Shown one piece after another: positions 10,032 through 19,080 of a stretch of DNA of 36,843 nucleotides. Both the position numbers and the translations under genes were made by a program. The DNA lies in contig JAKLQT010000244.1 of assembly GCA_022013205.1 (NCBI GenBank), forward strand, positions 1 through 36,843, read 5' to 3'. This DNA comes from Candidatus Omnitrophota bacterium (GTDB lineage Bacteria > Omnitrophota > Gorgyraeia > B26-G9). The notes beneath the pieces were generated by a model, which was given only the letters and a program-made list of their open reading frames with translations, did no database searches and was not told where the DNA came from. The first letter of the stretch is position 1. Each line of letters starts with the position of its first letter.

Positions 10032-11900
10032 ATGTTCCGAACATTAAAATTTTATCCGCAGCAGACTATAGACCCGGAAAAGATATTCGCGCAGCTGGTT
10101 GAATTCGGCTACAAACGCAGCGAGCAGGTCGCGGAAAAAGGCGATTTTGCCTATCGCGGCTCGATACTCGATATTTACGCGGTGAATTACGAAAGCCCGG
10201 CACGCATCGAACTCGCCTTTGACAGCATCGAAAAGATTTTTACCTTCTCGCGGCAGACGGGAAAAATCATCAGCGAGCAGAATCCGCTCCTCGTCATGCC
10301 GGCAAGGATACTTTCCGCCCGGCAGCAGACGGAGCGCCTATCCATAAATAAATTCGAAGAACTGGAAGAGAACGATTTCCTCGTGCATATCGAACACGGC
10401 ATCGGCCGATACTGCGGCATCAGCGTGCTTAAAGGCAAGCGCCATATTAAAATTGAATACGCGGATAGCGCCTTTTTGTATGTTCCCTTTTCGCAAAAAC
10501 ATCTCCTGCAAAAATACATCGGCTTTAGCGGCCACGCGCCGCGGCTGCACAAGCTCGGCGGCAAGCTCTGGCAAAACACAAAAAATAAGGCGCAAAGAGG
10601 CGTCACCAGTTTTGCCATTGACCTTTTGAAAATCCAGGCAAAACGCAGCGCGCTTTCCGGGTTTTCCTTTTCCGCGGATACCGACTGGCAGCGCGAATTC
10701 GAAAGCCGCTTCCCGTTCCGCGAAACCGCGGACCAGAAAAAGGCCGCGGAAGACGTAAAAAAAGATATGGAGTCCGCGAAACCCATGGACCGGCTGCTCT
10801 GCGGCGATGTCGGCTACGGCAAGACCGAGCTCGCCTTCCGCGCCGCGTTCAAGGCGGTAATGGACAATAAACAGGTGGCCATGCTCGTGCCCACGACCAT
10901 TCTTGCCGAACAACACCACCACAACCTTTCCGAACGCGTTAAAGATTTTCCCGTAAACGTACAGATGCTCAGCCGATTCAAGAACAGCTCCGAACAGGAG
11001 CAAATCATCAAAGGCCTGCATCAAGGCACGGTGGATATCGTTATCGGCACGCACCGGCTTCTTTCCGATGATCTAAGCTTTAAAAAACTCGGGCTGATAA
11101 TCATCGACGAGGAACAGCGCTTCGGCGTCAAGGCAAAGGAAAAACTAAAACACCTGCGCGAGCTTGTCGACGTGCTCACGCTCACCGCCACGCCTATACC
11201 CCGCACATTGTACATGTCGCTTTTAGGCGTAAAAGACATGTCCACGATAAATACGCCTCCGGAAAACCGCCGGCCGATTGAAACTTTCGTAAGCGTTTAT
11301 GACGAGGAACTGGTAAAAAACGCCCTTGCCAACGAACTCGAACGCCACGGCCAGGTCTATTTCATCCATAACCGCATTGAAGACATCGAACAGATTTACG
11401 AACGCATTAAAATTATGCTGCCGCAGGCGCGTATTGCCGTGGGCCACGGCCGCATGCACGAAAAAGACCTGGAAAAGGTCATGCTTGATTTTATCGAACA
11501 TAAAATAGACATCCTTGTATCCACAACCATCGTCGAATCCGGCCTGGATATTCCCAATGCCAATACGCTGATCGTGAACAACGCGCATAATTTCGGCCTG
11601 GCAGACCTCTATCAGTTGCGCGGACGTGTCGGCAGGTTTGACCGCAAGGCTTACGCCTATTTCCTCATCCCCAAACACGCCTCCTTTAACCCGGACGCGA
11701 AAAGAAGGCTAAAATCAATACAAAAATTCACGGAACTCGGTTCCGGATTCAGAATCGCCATGGAAGACCTGGAAATCCGCGGCGCCGGAAACCTGCTCGG
11801 CGAGGAACAGCACGGCTACATCATGTCCATAGGCTTTGACCTTTACTGCCGGCTTCTGAAACAGGCGGTTGAAGCGCTCAAAAAACACGAACATCACTGA
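10032..11900 (+). CDS. mfd: Transcription-repair coupling factor, short form (622 aa)
   Basis: UvrB-homology D2 (LVEFGYKR..V.EKGDFAYRGSILDIY), RID (VHIEHGIGRY), GDVGYGKT, DEEQRFGV, TATPIPRT, QLRGRVGR, DLEIRGAGNLLGEEQHG. Confidence 0.92.
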   Translation: MFRTLKFYPQQTIDPEKIFAQLVEFGYKRSEQVAEKGDFAYRGSILDIYAVNYESPARIELAFDSIEKIFTFSRQTGKIISEQNPLLVMPARILSARQQTERLSINKFEELEENDFLVHIEHGIGRYCGISVLKGKRHIKIEYADSAFLYVPFSQKHLLQKYIGFSGHAPRLHKLGGKLWQNTKNKAQRGVTSFAIDLLKIQAKRSALSGFSFSADTDWQREFESRFPFRETADQKKAAEDVKKDMESAKPMDRLLCGDVGYGKTELAFRAAFKAVMDNKQVAMLVPTTILAEQHHHNLSERVKDFPVNVQMLSRFKNSSEQEQIIKGLHQGTVDIVIGTHRLLSDDLSFKKLGLIIIDEEQRFGVKAKEKLKHLRELVDVLTLTATPIPRTLYMSLLGVKDMSTINTPPENRRPIETFVSVYDEELVKNALANELERHGQVYFIHNRIEDIEQIYERIKIMLPQARIAVGHGRMHEKDLEKVMLDFIEHKIDILVSTTIVESGLDIPNANTLIVNNAHNFGLADLYQLRGRVGRFDRKAYAYFLIPKHASFNPDAKRRLKSIQKFTELGSGFRIAMEDLEIRGAGNLLGEEQHGYIMSIGFDLYCRLLKQAVEALKKHEHH

Positions 11901-12016
11901 TATCCACATATCTATCGCTAAAAAAAAGCAAAACACGGCCTTGTGTTCAGCTGAATTTTATGTTATAGTATAATGTAAAATTACAACGCGCTAGACAATA
12001 TCCACAAGAGAGAAAA

Positions 12017-13000
12017 ATGAATTACCGTTCAATATTTTCACTATTAATCCTATTCGTAATAAGCATTCTGCTTGTTACTTGCGCCGTCGCGCAGCAGACG
12101 GAATTTACGCAAAAAATTCTCGCCGTAGTCGGCGGTCAAGCAATCACGCAAACCGACGTTGACGAGCTTCTTGCCCCGATCTACCTGCAGTATAAAAACA
12201 CCTATAAAGGCAATGACTTGAAACAAAAACTCGATATCGCCAGGGCAGACATACTCGAACAAATCATTGAGGATAAGCTTATCCTGCATGAGGCAAAACG
12301 CCGGGAGCTGACCGTTGACGAAAAAGAAGTCGATAAGCTTATCGAAGATTTAAAACAGGACTTTTCCTCATGGGAAGAATTCGAACAGGTATTAAAGAAC
12401 CAGAATACCAGCCTCACGGAACTGCGGAAACGTTATCGCGAACAACTGCTCATAAAGAAAGCCGTGGGCAAAGCGATAATCAGCAAAATCATCATTTCAC
12501 CCGGAGAAGTTGCCGATTATTACGAAGCACACAAAAACGATTTCAAAATACCCGAACAAATACATCTGCGCAGTATTTTTCTTAACGTAAATAACAACGA
12601 GGAAGAAATTCAAAAGAAAGCGGACGACATATACGCGCAATTAGAAAAAGGCACGCCTTTCGTAGAACTGGTGGAAAAATATTCCGAAGCGCCCAATGTG
12701 GTCGATGCCGGGGATATGGGCTTTATTAAACGCGGCTCCCTGCGCGCGGAGATTGAAAACACCGTCTTTACGCTTAAAACAGGCGCATACTCCAAACCGC
12801 TCAAAACTCCCGCCGGTTATTATATTTTTAAAATCGAAGGAAAAAAAGAAGCAACAACCTCTCCGCTGGAAAATGTCCAGGAAAACATACGGCGTTATTT
12901 ATTTGAGGAAAAGATTAAAGTAAGATTAAAAGAATGGATTGATAAACTAAAAACAACAACATTGATCGAGGTGAAAACGTATGGCAAAGAAAAAAGCTAA
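12017..13000 (+). CDS. surA: SurA/PrsA-type peptidyl-prolyl isomerase chaperone
   Basis: Signal peptide, SurA N-domain (ILAVVGGQAITQTDV), one parvulin domain (F.ELVEKYSE...AGDMGF...GYYIFK), position before pdxA-rsmA. Confidence 0.8.
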   Translation: MNYRSIFSLLILFVISILLVTCAVAQQTEFTQKILAVVGGQAITQTDVDELLAPIYLQYKNTYKGNDLKQKLDIARADILEQIIEDKLILHEAKRRELTVDEKEVDKLIEDLKQDFSSWEEFEQVLKNQNTSLTELRKRYREQLLIKKAVGKAIISKIIISPGEVADYYEAHKNDFKIPEQIHLRSIFLNVNNNEEEIQKKADDIYAQLEKGTPFVELVEKYSEAPNVVDAGDMGFIKRGSLRAEIENTVFTLKTGAYSKPLKTPAGYYIFKIEGKKEATTSPLENVQENIRRYLFEEKIKVRLKEWIDKLKTTTLIEVKTYGKEKS

Positions 13001-14039
13001 AATCGGTATTACCCTGGGCGACCCTGCCGGCATCGGTATGGAAATAACTCTTAAAGCGCTCCAGGACAAAAAAATCCGCGAATCCGCCACTTTTCTGCTT
13101 ATCGGGGATTACGGAGCTCTCACTCATCTGCAGCGTGACCTGAGAATTAAAGCCGTCAACTACCACATTATCTCCGATATCGGGCGGCTGCGTTTAAGCG
13201 AAGAACTCATAAATTTTGTCAACCTGGGAAATATCACCTTCAACATTCCGTACGGGAAAATCGACGGCCGCTGCGGCAAGGCCGCCTATGAATACATAAA
13301 TATGGCCTGCCTGCTCCTGCGTTCTCACGACAACCTTGACGCCTTAGTCACCGCCCCGATCAATAAGGAAGCCCTGCATTTAGCCGGGCACACATTCCAT
13401 GGCCATACCCAGATACTCGCGCAGCGGTTCAAGTCCCGCTACGTACGCATGATGTTCTGCGCGGAAAAACTGCGCGTGGTGCTCGTAACCATCCATGTGC
13501 CGCTGAAGAATGTTCCCGCTCTCGTAACGAAAAAAGAAGTGCAGGACACCATCTTTGCCGTGCAGCGCGTGATGAACACCAATTTCAAGATAAAAAGGCC
13601 GCGCATTGCCGTCTGCGGCCTAAACCCGCACGCCTCGGAAGACGGCTTATTCGGCACGGAAGAAGCGGAACATATTATTCCCGCGATAAAAAAAGCCAAA
13701 GCGCAGCACATAAGGGTTGAAGGCCCCTTCCCCAGCGACACTTTGTTCTGGAAGGCAAAAGAAGGGCAATACGACGCAGTTATCGCCATGTACCATGACC
13801 AGGCCTGCATTCCGTTTAAGACGCTCTATTTCGACAAAGGCGTCAACGTTACGCTCGGGCTTCCGTTCATCCGTACCTCTCCCGACCATGGCACGGCCTT
13901 TGACATCGCCGGGAAAAACATGGCCGACCCGCACGCGATGAAAGAAGCCATCCGTGTAGCGGTGGAAATGACTTCGAACATGCCGCGCAAACGAAAGAAA
14001 AAGAAAATTTATGTCCCGCACATCGAACATTCCGGTTGA
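12981..14039 (+). CDS. pdxA: 4-hydroxythreonine-4-phosphate dehydrogenase
   Basis: ITLGDPAGIG, TAPINKE, GHT, GLNPHA, AMYHDQ, RTSPDHGTAFDIAGK. Confidence 0.96.
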   Translation: MAKKKAKIGITLGDPAGIGMEITLKALQDKKIRESATFLLIGDYGALTHLQRDLRIKAVNYHIISDIGRLRLSEELINFVNLGNITFNIPYGKIDGRCGKAAYEYINMACLLLRSHDNLDALVTAPINKEALHLAGHTFHGHTQILAQRFKSRYVRMMFCAEKLRVVLVTIHVPLKNVPALVTKKEVQDTIFAVQRVMNTNFKIKRPRIAVCGLNPHASEDGLFGTEEAEHIIPAIKKAKAQHIRVEGPFPSDTLFWKAKEGQYDAVIAMYHDQACIPFKTLYFDKGVNVTLGLPFIRTSPDHGTAFDIAGKNMADPHAMKEAIRVAVEMTSNMPRKRKKKKIYVPHIEHSG

Positions 14040-14856
14040 TTACAAACCGCGGCCGAAAAAAAGGCTCGGGCAGCATTTCCTTATCGATAAAGCGGCGCTG
14101 GGAAACATCCTGGACGCCGCTCGGCTTTCTTCCGAGGACTACGTCCTGGAAATCGGCAGCGGGAGCGGCAACCTCAGCGTACTGCTGGCGAAACAAGCCG
14201 GAAGATTCTACGCCCTGGAAAAGGATACGGCCTTTAACGCGGTTCTTAAAAGCCGGCTCAAACCTTTCCCCTGCAGCAAAATCATCTTCACCGACATACT
14301 CGCGTTTGATATAAAAGAAATATTCGAAGGCAGAAAATATAAAGTGATCGGCAACATCCCCTATTACATCACCTCGCCGATTATCACGCGGCTCATCGAA
14401 CAGCGTGAATACATCGACACGATACTCATAACCATCCAGAAAGAAGTCGCGCAGCGCATCGTTGCCTGCCCGGGGACGAAAAACTACGGACGGCTTTCCA
14501 TACTTGCGCAATTCTACACCAGTCCGGAACTCATAACCATCTTTCCCAAAAAATTATTTTCTCCGGCTCCGGAAGTTGACTCCGCGCTGATACGCCTAAA
14601 AATACTCTCTTCCCCATCCATATCCGTTGCCTCGGAAAAGACGTTTTTTAGGGTGGTAAAGGCGATCTTCGCGCAGCGCAGAAAAACACTGTTAAACGGG
14701 TTGCTCGCCGCCGGCTTCGCGATTAATAAAGAAACAATGCTGGAGATACTGAAGAAAACGGATATTACGCCTTCATGCCGCGGGGAACAGCTAAAACTCT
14801 GCGAAATAGGCAGGCTCAGCGACGCGATCGAGGGATATTCACCGCAAAAGATTTAA
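14011..14856 (+). CDS. rsmA: 16S rRNA m6,2A1518/1519 dimethyltransferase (KsgA)
   Basis: KKRLGQHFL, VLEIGSGSG, NIPYYIT, QKEVAQR, FAQRRKTL. Confidence 0.96.
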   Translation: MSRTSNIPVDYKPRPKKRLGQHFLIDKAALGNILDAARLSSEDYVLEIGSGSGNLSVLLAKQAGRFYALEKDTAFNAVLKSRLKPFPCSKIIFTDILAFDIKEIFEGRKYKVIGNIPYYITSPIITRLIEQREYIDTILITIQKEVAQRIVACPGTKNYGRLSILAQFYTSPELITIFPKKLFSPAPEVDSALIRLKILSSPSISVASEKTFFRVVKAIFAQRRKTLLNGLLAAGFAINKETMLEILKKTDITPSCRGEQLKLCEIGRLSDAIEGYSPQKI

Positions 14857-15161
14857 ATCGCCGAACGCAAAACACGGTCAACTTCAATGGCCTTACGGTC
14901 AAAATCAATGCTGTTCAATTCTATCGGCTCAAGCTCATAAACGGAAGCATCATTGCCCTCTTCTATGATCTGCGCCTTAAATGTACTTACCTCACCTGCG
15001 CTAATGATGTTGTGCATCTCCGTACTTACCAATGCCTTCGGCAACTGCACGGATAAGGGGCATATTGATTCAACAGGCAGCATACAAAAAGCAAAACGGC
15101 TGGACATAACCACAATACTCAGAACTGTTATCGCGGAAATTTTCATATTAATTCTTTTCAT
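14853..15161 (-). CDS. Small secreted protein (102 aa), probable divergent member of the IEQAI-tail family
   Basis: ATG at 15161 with AGGAG RBS, signal peptide, SICPLSVQL box, ends VLRSAI*, preceded by the family leader. Stop overlaps the rsmA stop (TTAA). Confidence 0.6.
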   Translation of the reverse strand: MKRINMKISAITVLSIVVMSSRFAFCMLPVESICPLSVQLPKALVSTEMHNIISAGEVSTFKAQIIEEGNDASVYELEPIELNSIDFDRKAIEVDRVLRSAI

Positions 15162-15235
15162 CTTTCTCACTCTCCTGCTTTCGTTACTCACTTCTCTGTT
15201 TAAAAAAATTAACCGTCTTTTCTAAAAGGTAATTA

Positions 15236-15376
15236 ATTATACCATATATTTTTCTTCTTTGCAACTCAGTCACGCCAAATATTTTATTACTGCAACATAT
15301 TGCAAAACAATGTGTTATATAAATTTATCCGCAGAAAGATTATTCTTCTCTGCAGAAAAAACAAAAACTTGCGGCG
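15236..15376 (-). promoter_or_regulatory. Family leader copy 1: promoter + palindrome + GCAG-N13-YTGC box
   Basis: TTGCAA-17-TATAAT with TG extension (15264-15236), TGCAAC-N17-GTTATA (15291-15319), GCAG-N13-TTGC (15352-15372). Confidence 0.7.
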
Positions 15377-15384
15377 TTTTATCC

Positions 15385-15404
15385 GCTATGAGCTATGAGC
15401 TATG
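15385..15404. repeat. AGCTATG heptamer tandem directly after an IEQAI stop codon
   Basis: gctatg-agctatg-agctatg abutting TTA at 15405. Confidence 0.75.
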
Positions 15405-15814
15405 TTATATCGCCTGTTCGATAAGCTCTAGGCGCTTCTTGTTAAACACTGTATTTTCTCTTTTGCCCCCCCATATCCATCATCTCCACACTTGTAGCCT
15501 TAATCCAATAGTCTTTTATAACCAAGAGGAATCCATATTCTTTCAGCTCTTTTCTCATAGCCAAAGAAAATCATATCCCAGTATTTACTCAAAGTTACTA
15601 AATTTTTGCTATTCCCATTTATCTTTTTTAAAAGGTTTGCCATCCACCTTTCAAAAACATTAATATCCTTCTTAATTCTCCCATGGCTATTTACAACAAC
15701 CTCGCCTGCCCCGCCCCAGGTAATATCTAATACCAAAAACGCCTGAATCAGCGCCAAAGCAATTATTTTAAATATTCTTTTGTTTTTTGGTTTTTCGTAT
15801 TTCCCAATTTCCAT
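15405..15814 (-). pseudogene. Degenerate IEQAI-tail family member
   Basis: Signal NKRIFKIIALALIQAFLVLDITWG, ORF stops at 15500. An out-of-frame tail KRENTVFNKKRLELIEQAI* is encoded at 15464-15405, next to a G7 run (15466-15472). Confidence 0.7.
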
Positions 15815-15903
15815 AAATTTCCATAAATTTCTTATTTCTTCGTTCTCGTCCCAGTGAGCGCAGCGAATGGTTTTAATTTTATTCATCCGGCAAATTTTTA
15901 TTT

Positions 15904-18813
15904 TCAAATCGATTGGGCAATAAAAAATTCGTTATTTTTAATTTTAAATGCGGTTACGGCACAAGGCATAACATCCGAAACGGGAATATCTCTCAAAAGA
16001 TGCCCGGCCATTTCTTCAACTTCCAGATTGGTAATATTAAGAGCCTCTCTAACGCGTTCTAAAGAAATACCACTTGTCATACACGCTCGGATATAAGTAT
16101 CTATTTCCTTTCCCAGATTAAATCGCTCAGCAATATATTCCCAGGCAGAAGCTTTCCCGTCAATTATCTGTCTTACCCGCAATAGCTCTTTAGCAAAAAA
16201 AATCCTCATTTGCCTACTGCCGCAATCAGAAATCACTTTAATTAACCTGCTAATATCCAAATTGCTTTTGGCTAAAAATTTTTCTATTTTTGCTATTTCA
16301 CGTTTTAATTCATCATCAGATGATTTACCGGCAACTGTTTTTAATATCTCTCGCATTAATAACAAACTCTCCAAAGAAAACATAAAAAGGCCAATGTTTT
16401 TCTCCGCTTCGGCGACATCTGATGTCAGTTCTGCCTGAAACGCTATTTTATTTTTTATTCTCTCCAGATAAACATTCACATCCTTTATCTGTGTATCTAT
16501 AAAATTACCATAAAGTTGTATAATCTTATCTCTGTCTTCACGGTTTTTGTTGAACCCAAAATTATCAGAATCATTATAAACAAGCATGTAAACCAACGCT
16601 TCATTAATAACCGCCTCTATTGGAAAACGTTCCTCATTTATTAATGAGGAAAATCTTCCTCCTATCTTCTGAGTCGACACCCTGCTCAGATTCTGCCTAT
16701 ACCATACCGGAACCACAATATTTGATTCAGGGAAACCATCAATAAAACTCATTTTAAATATTAAGCCTTCTTCTTTAAAATCAGGCCGTGAGATTAAATT
16801 ACGAAAACTCGGAGTATGGACATAATATTCCAAGAAATTATTTCCCCATGCCCCAAAGAATCTGTAACTCTTGGCCAAAGAATAAATTCTAAAAAAAGAA
16901 TCCCAAAAATCGGCCCATGTGGTATCAGAATTGATTAGTATAAAAAAATTTGTATTTTTAATTTTGTATTTCTCGCATAATTCGATAACCCGTTCTACAT
17001 CATTCATGGAATAACCAAGTTTTCCCCCTTTACCCAAACGACGGATTTCCCTGTCAGTAAAACCATCTACTCCAATTGCGATTCTTCCCAATCCGTTAAT
17101 CTTTGCCAATGACTCGAACAGTGATTCATCAATAATCTTTTTCCCATCTCTTTTTTTGAAAAAGCTATTCACCGAAACCGCTAATGAACCGCAGGTAAGC
17201 CCCAATCCCTGGGTGATTTTCAAAATCTCCATCCCACGGGATTTCTGGATAAACATATCGTCATCAACAAACCAGACAGTCAGGGCTTGTTTAAATTCCG
17301 CAGACAATTCATTTCCTTCATAAAGAGCAGACACCCTTTCTTTATATGCCGTTAAAAATTCCTTCACGCTGTCCACGGAAAATGTCCTGTATACCGGCCC
17401 CATAATCTGAGCGCAAAAACTACACCGGTAAGGGCATCCCCGGCTGGTAATCAATGTTAACCCATACTGAACATCCGATTTATTCAGAAAACCAAAATCA
17501 ATTTTAAACTCTTTCATCGCCTCATCAAGATTATAAAAATAATTCAGATAATCAAGATTTGCAGCAAGGCTAGTTTTACCGAACCGCAAATAGGCGCCAA
17601 ATAACGGTGTTAATTTAAAAGCTGTCTGCCGGGATAAATCCTGAGAGGCTTTCTGTCCTGCCAAAGAAACAAGCGCCTTTTTAAACACACCTTCTGCTTC
17701 TCCGGCAATAATCACATTTGCCTCTGGGATATGCTGAGCAAGCAAATCCGGAGCCAGCGTAACCGAAGGCCCTCCCAGAGCTATAACTACGTCTTTATTT
17801 ACCGCGCGGATAGCACGCACAAAATCCTGAACTGCCTTAATTTCATTGAGGGAAGGCGTAATCATTGATATAGCCATCACATCAATCTTCTCCAGATTAA
17901 TACATTCAATAATCCGGCTATTTTCCGCGTCAGTCGTGCCTTTTACGAATGAAATATTCATCCCTTCTTTTCTTAAACTCATTGCTAAAAACATATTCCC
18001 CAAAGAAGGCCCGGCAAGTGTCTCCGTCCGCGCATCGCGGGCATCAAAAAAATCGACAAAAAGCACGGAAGGTGATTTTTTGTTTTTCTTCAAAGGCATT
18101 TCAATATTTTTTCTAACCATTGTTTCTGTTTTTATACCGGCCATACCGTTAAATGCTTCCGCAATCAATGCCTGGATACGCTCTTTCTCCGCAAAGATAA
18201 GATTAATTCCAATATTTATCTGTAAAAAACAAGAATCTCTGCTTGATTTTATGGTAATTCCCTGCACATCATCACGAATCGTAATCTCGCCAAATACATC
18301 TTGCACTCTAAAACGCCTAAAAAATTCTTCCGCAATAAGCGACTGTATTCTCATCTTAGCCGCTTCCTTTTGCTGAGATGATTTTTCCGCTTCATAATCC
18401 TTACTCTCTTCCCTGACAAACCACGTCCCGGGAAAACCAATTGTTTGTTCCACCGGCAGATTATCTTTAGCACGAATAATCCTGCCTCCCGCGTCGAACT
18501 GAACCCTTGTTCTCTGGGGATAAATATTATATTTCTTTTGTTTAAGCTTTGATAATCGCAACTGCGGCAAATTGGTTATTTCATGGCCAATTTGTAACCC
18601 GCTACCCGGATTATAGCTGATGCCAAACTGGCCATAATCACTGTATGCTTTCTGAAATAATTCCTTATTTATTTCAAGCTGAGGGCTTAAACTGGTTACA
18701 ATCTTTCCGCACCTATCATTATCAGTGAAAGATAAATCACTAAATCCAAAATCCAGCATCATAAAAGCATGGATAAGCGCTAATGAAATTATTTTAAATA
18801 ACCTTTTATTCAT
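15904..18813 (-). CDS. IEQAI-family protein carrying a B12-binding radical SAM domain
   Basis: Family signal + SLSPQLEI box, cobalamin-binding-like (PSLG..LA..L, LGGPSVT, GEAE), TSRGCPYRCSFC CxxxCxxC, FVDDDM, ends FIAQSI*. Confidence 0.85.
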   Translation of the reverse strand: MNKRLFKIISLALIHAFMMLDFGFSDLSFTDNDRCGKIVTSLSPQLEINKELFQKAYSDYGQFGISYNPGSGLQIGHEITNLPQLRLSKLKQKKYNIYPQRTRVQFDAGGRIIRAKDNLPVEQTIGFPGTWFVREESKDYEAEKSSQQKEAAKMRIQSLIAEEFFRRFRVQDVFGEITIRDDVQGITIKSSRDSCFLQINIGINLIFAEKERIQALIAEAFNGMAGIKTETMVRKNIEMPLKKNKKSPSVLFVDFFDARDARTETLAGPSLGNMFLAMSLRKEGMNISFVKGTTDAENSRIIECINLEKIDVMAISMITPSLNEIKAVQDFVRAIRAVNKDVVIALGGPSVTLAPDLLAQHIPEANVIIAGEAEGVFKKALVSLAGQKASQDLSRQTAFKLTPLFGAYLRFGKTSLAANLDYLNYFYNLDEAMKEFKIDFGFLNKSDVQYGLTLITSRGCPYRCSFCAQIMGPVYRTFSVDSVKEFLTAYKERVSALYEGNELSAEFKQALTVWFVDDDMFIQKSRGMEILKITQGLGLTCGSLAVSVNSFFKKRDGKKIIDESLFESLAKINGLGRIAIGVDGFTDREIRRLGKGGKLGYSMNDVERVIELCEKYKIKNTNFFILINSDTTWADFWDSFFRIYSLAKSYRFFGAWGNNFLEYYVHTPSFRNLISRPDFKEEGLIFKMSFIDGFPESNIVVPVWYRQNLSRVSTQKIGGRFSSLINEERFPIEAVINEALVYMLVYNDSDNFGFNKNREDRDKIIQLYGNFIDTQIKDVNVYLERIKNKIAFQAELTSDVAEAEKNIGLFMFSLESLLLMREILKTVAGKSSDDELKREIAKIEKFLAKSNLDISRLIKVISDCGSRQMRIFFAKELLRVRQIIDGKASAWEYIAERFNLGKEIDTYIRACMTSGISLERVREALNITNLEVEEMAGHLLRDIPVSDVMPCAVTAFKIKNNEFFIAQSI

Positions 18814-18950
18814 ACTTCAGCCCTCTGCCATCATCCTTCAAGAAATCCCTCCCAGTTTCCATAAATTTCAATAAATTTCCAACAATTCCTTATTTCTCAG
18901 TTTTAATTTAATTTCAATCAATTTCCACGAGTTTCTAATAATTTCTAATT
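18803..18950. repeat. Duplicated 5' leader + first codons (second copy 21201-21352) with AATTTCnAT-type ~10-mer repeats
   Basis: cttttattcatacttcagccc..ctgccatcatccttcaagaaatc...aatttccaacaattccttatttctcagttttaatttaatttcaatcaatttccac shared by both copies. Similar 10-mers at 15805-15838. Confidence 0.85.
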
Positions 18951-19021
18951 TCTCTCTCTGTCCCAGCGAACGCAGAGAGCGATCGTCCATCGGACTTCGG
19001 CTTGCAGCCTGCAGCAGCGTG

Positions 19022-19070
19022 TCAGCCATCAGCTATCAGCTATCAGCCATGAGCTATGAGCTATGAGCCA
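19022..19070. repeat. Seven-copy T(C/G)AGC(C/T)A heptamer array
   Basis: TCAGCCA TCAGCTA TCAGCTA TCAGCCA TGAGCTA TGAGCTA TGAGCCA, 10 nt downstream of an LELIGQAI stop. Confidence 0.9.
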
Positions 19071-19080
19071 ACGAAGCCAT

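Noticed and set aside
10187-14511. Long antisense ORFs (199, 238, 214 aa etc.) over mfd/pdxA/rsmA
   Set aside because: Shadow frames of GC-richer conserved genes with no recognisable motifs.
15815-15907. Upstream extension of the 135-aa ORF
   Set aside because: It runs through intergenic repeat DNA. The family signal begins about 40 codons in.
19022-19070. Heptamer arrays as a CRISPR array
   Set aside because: 7-nt units with no spacers, and no cas genes in the window.
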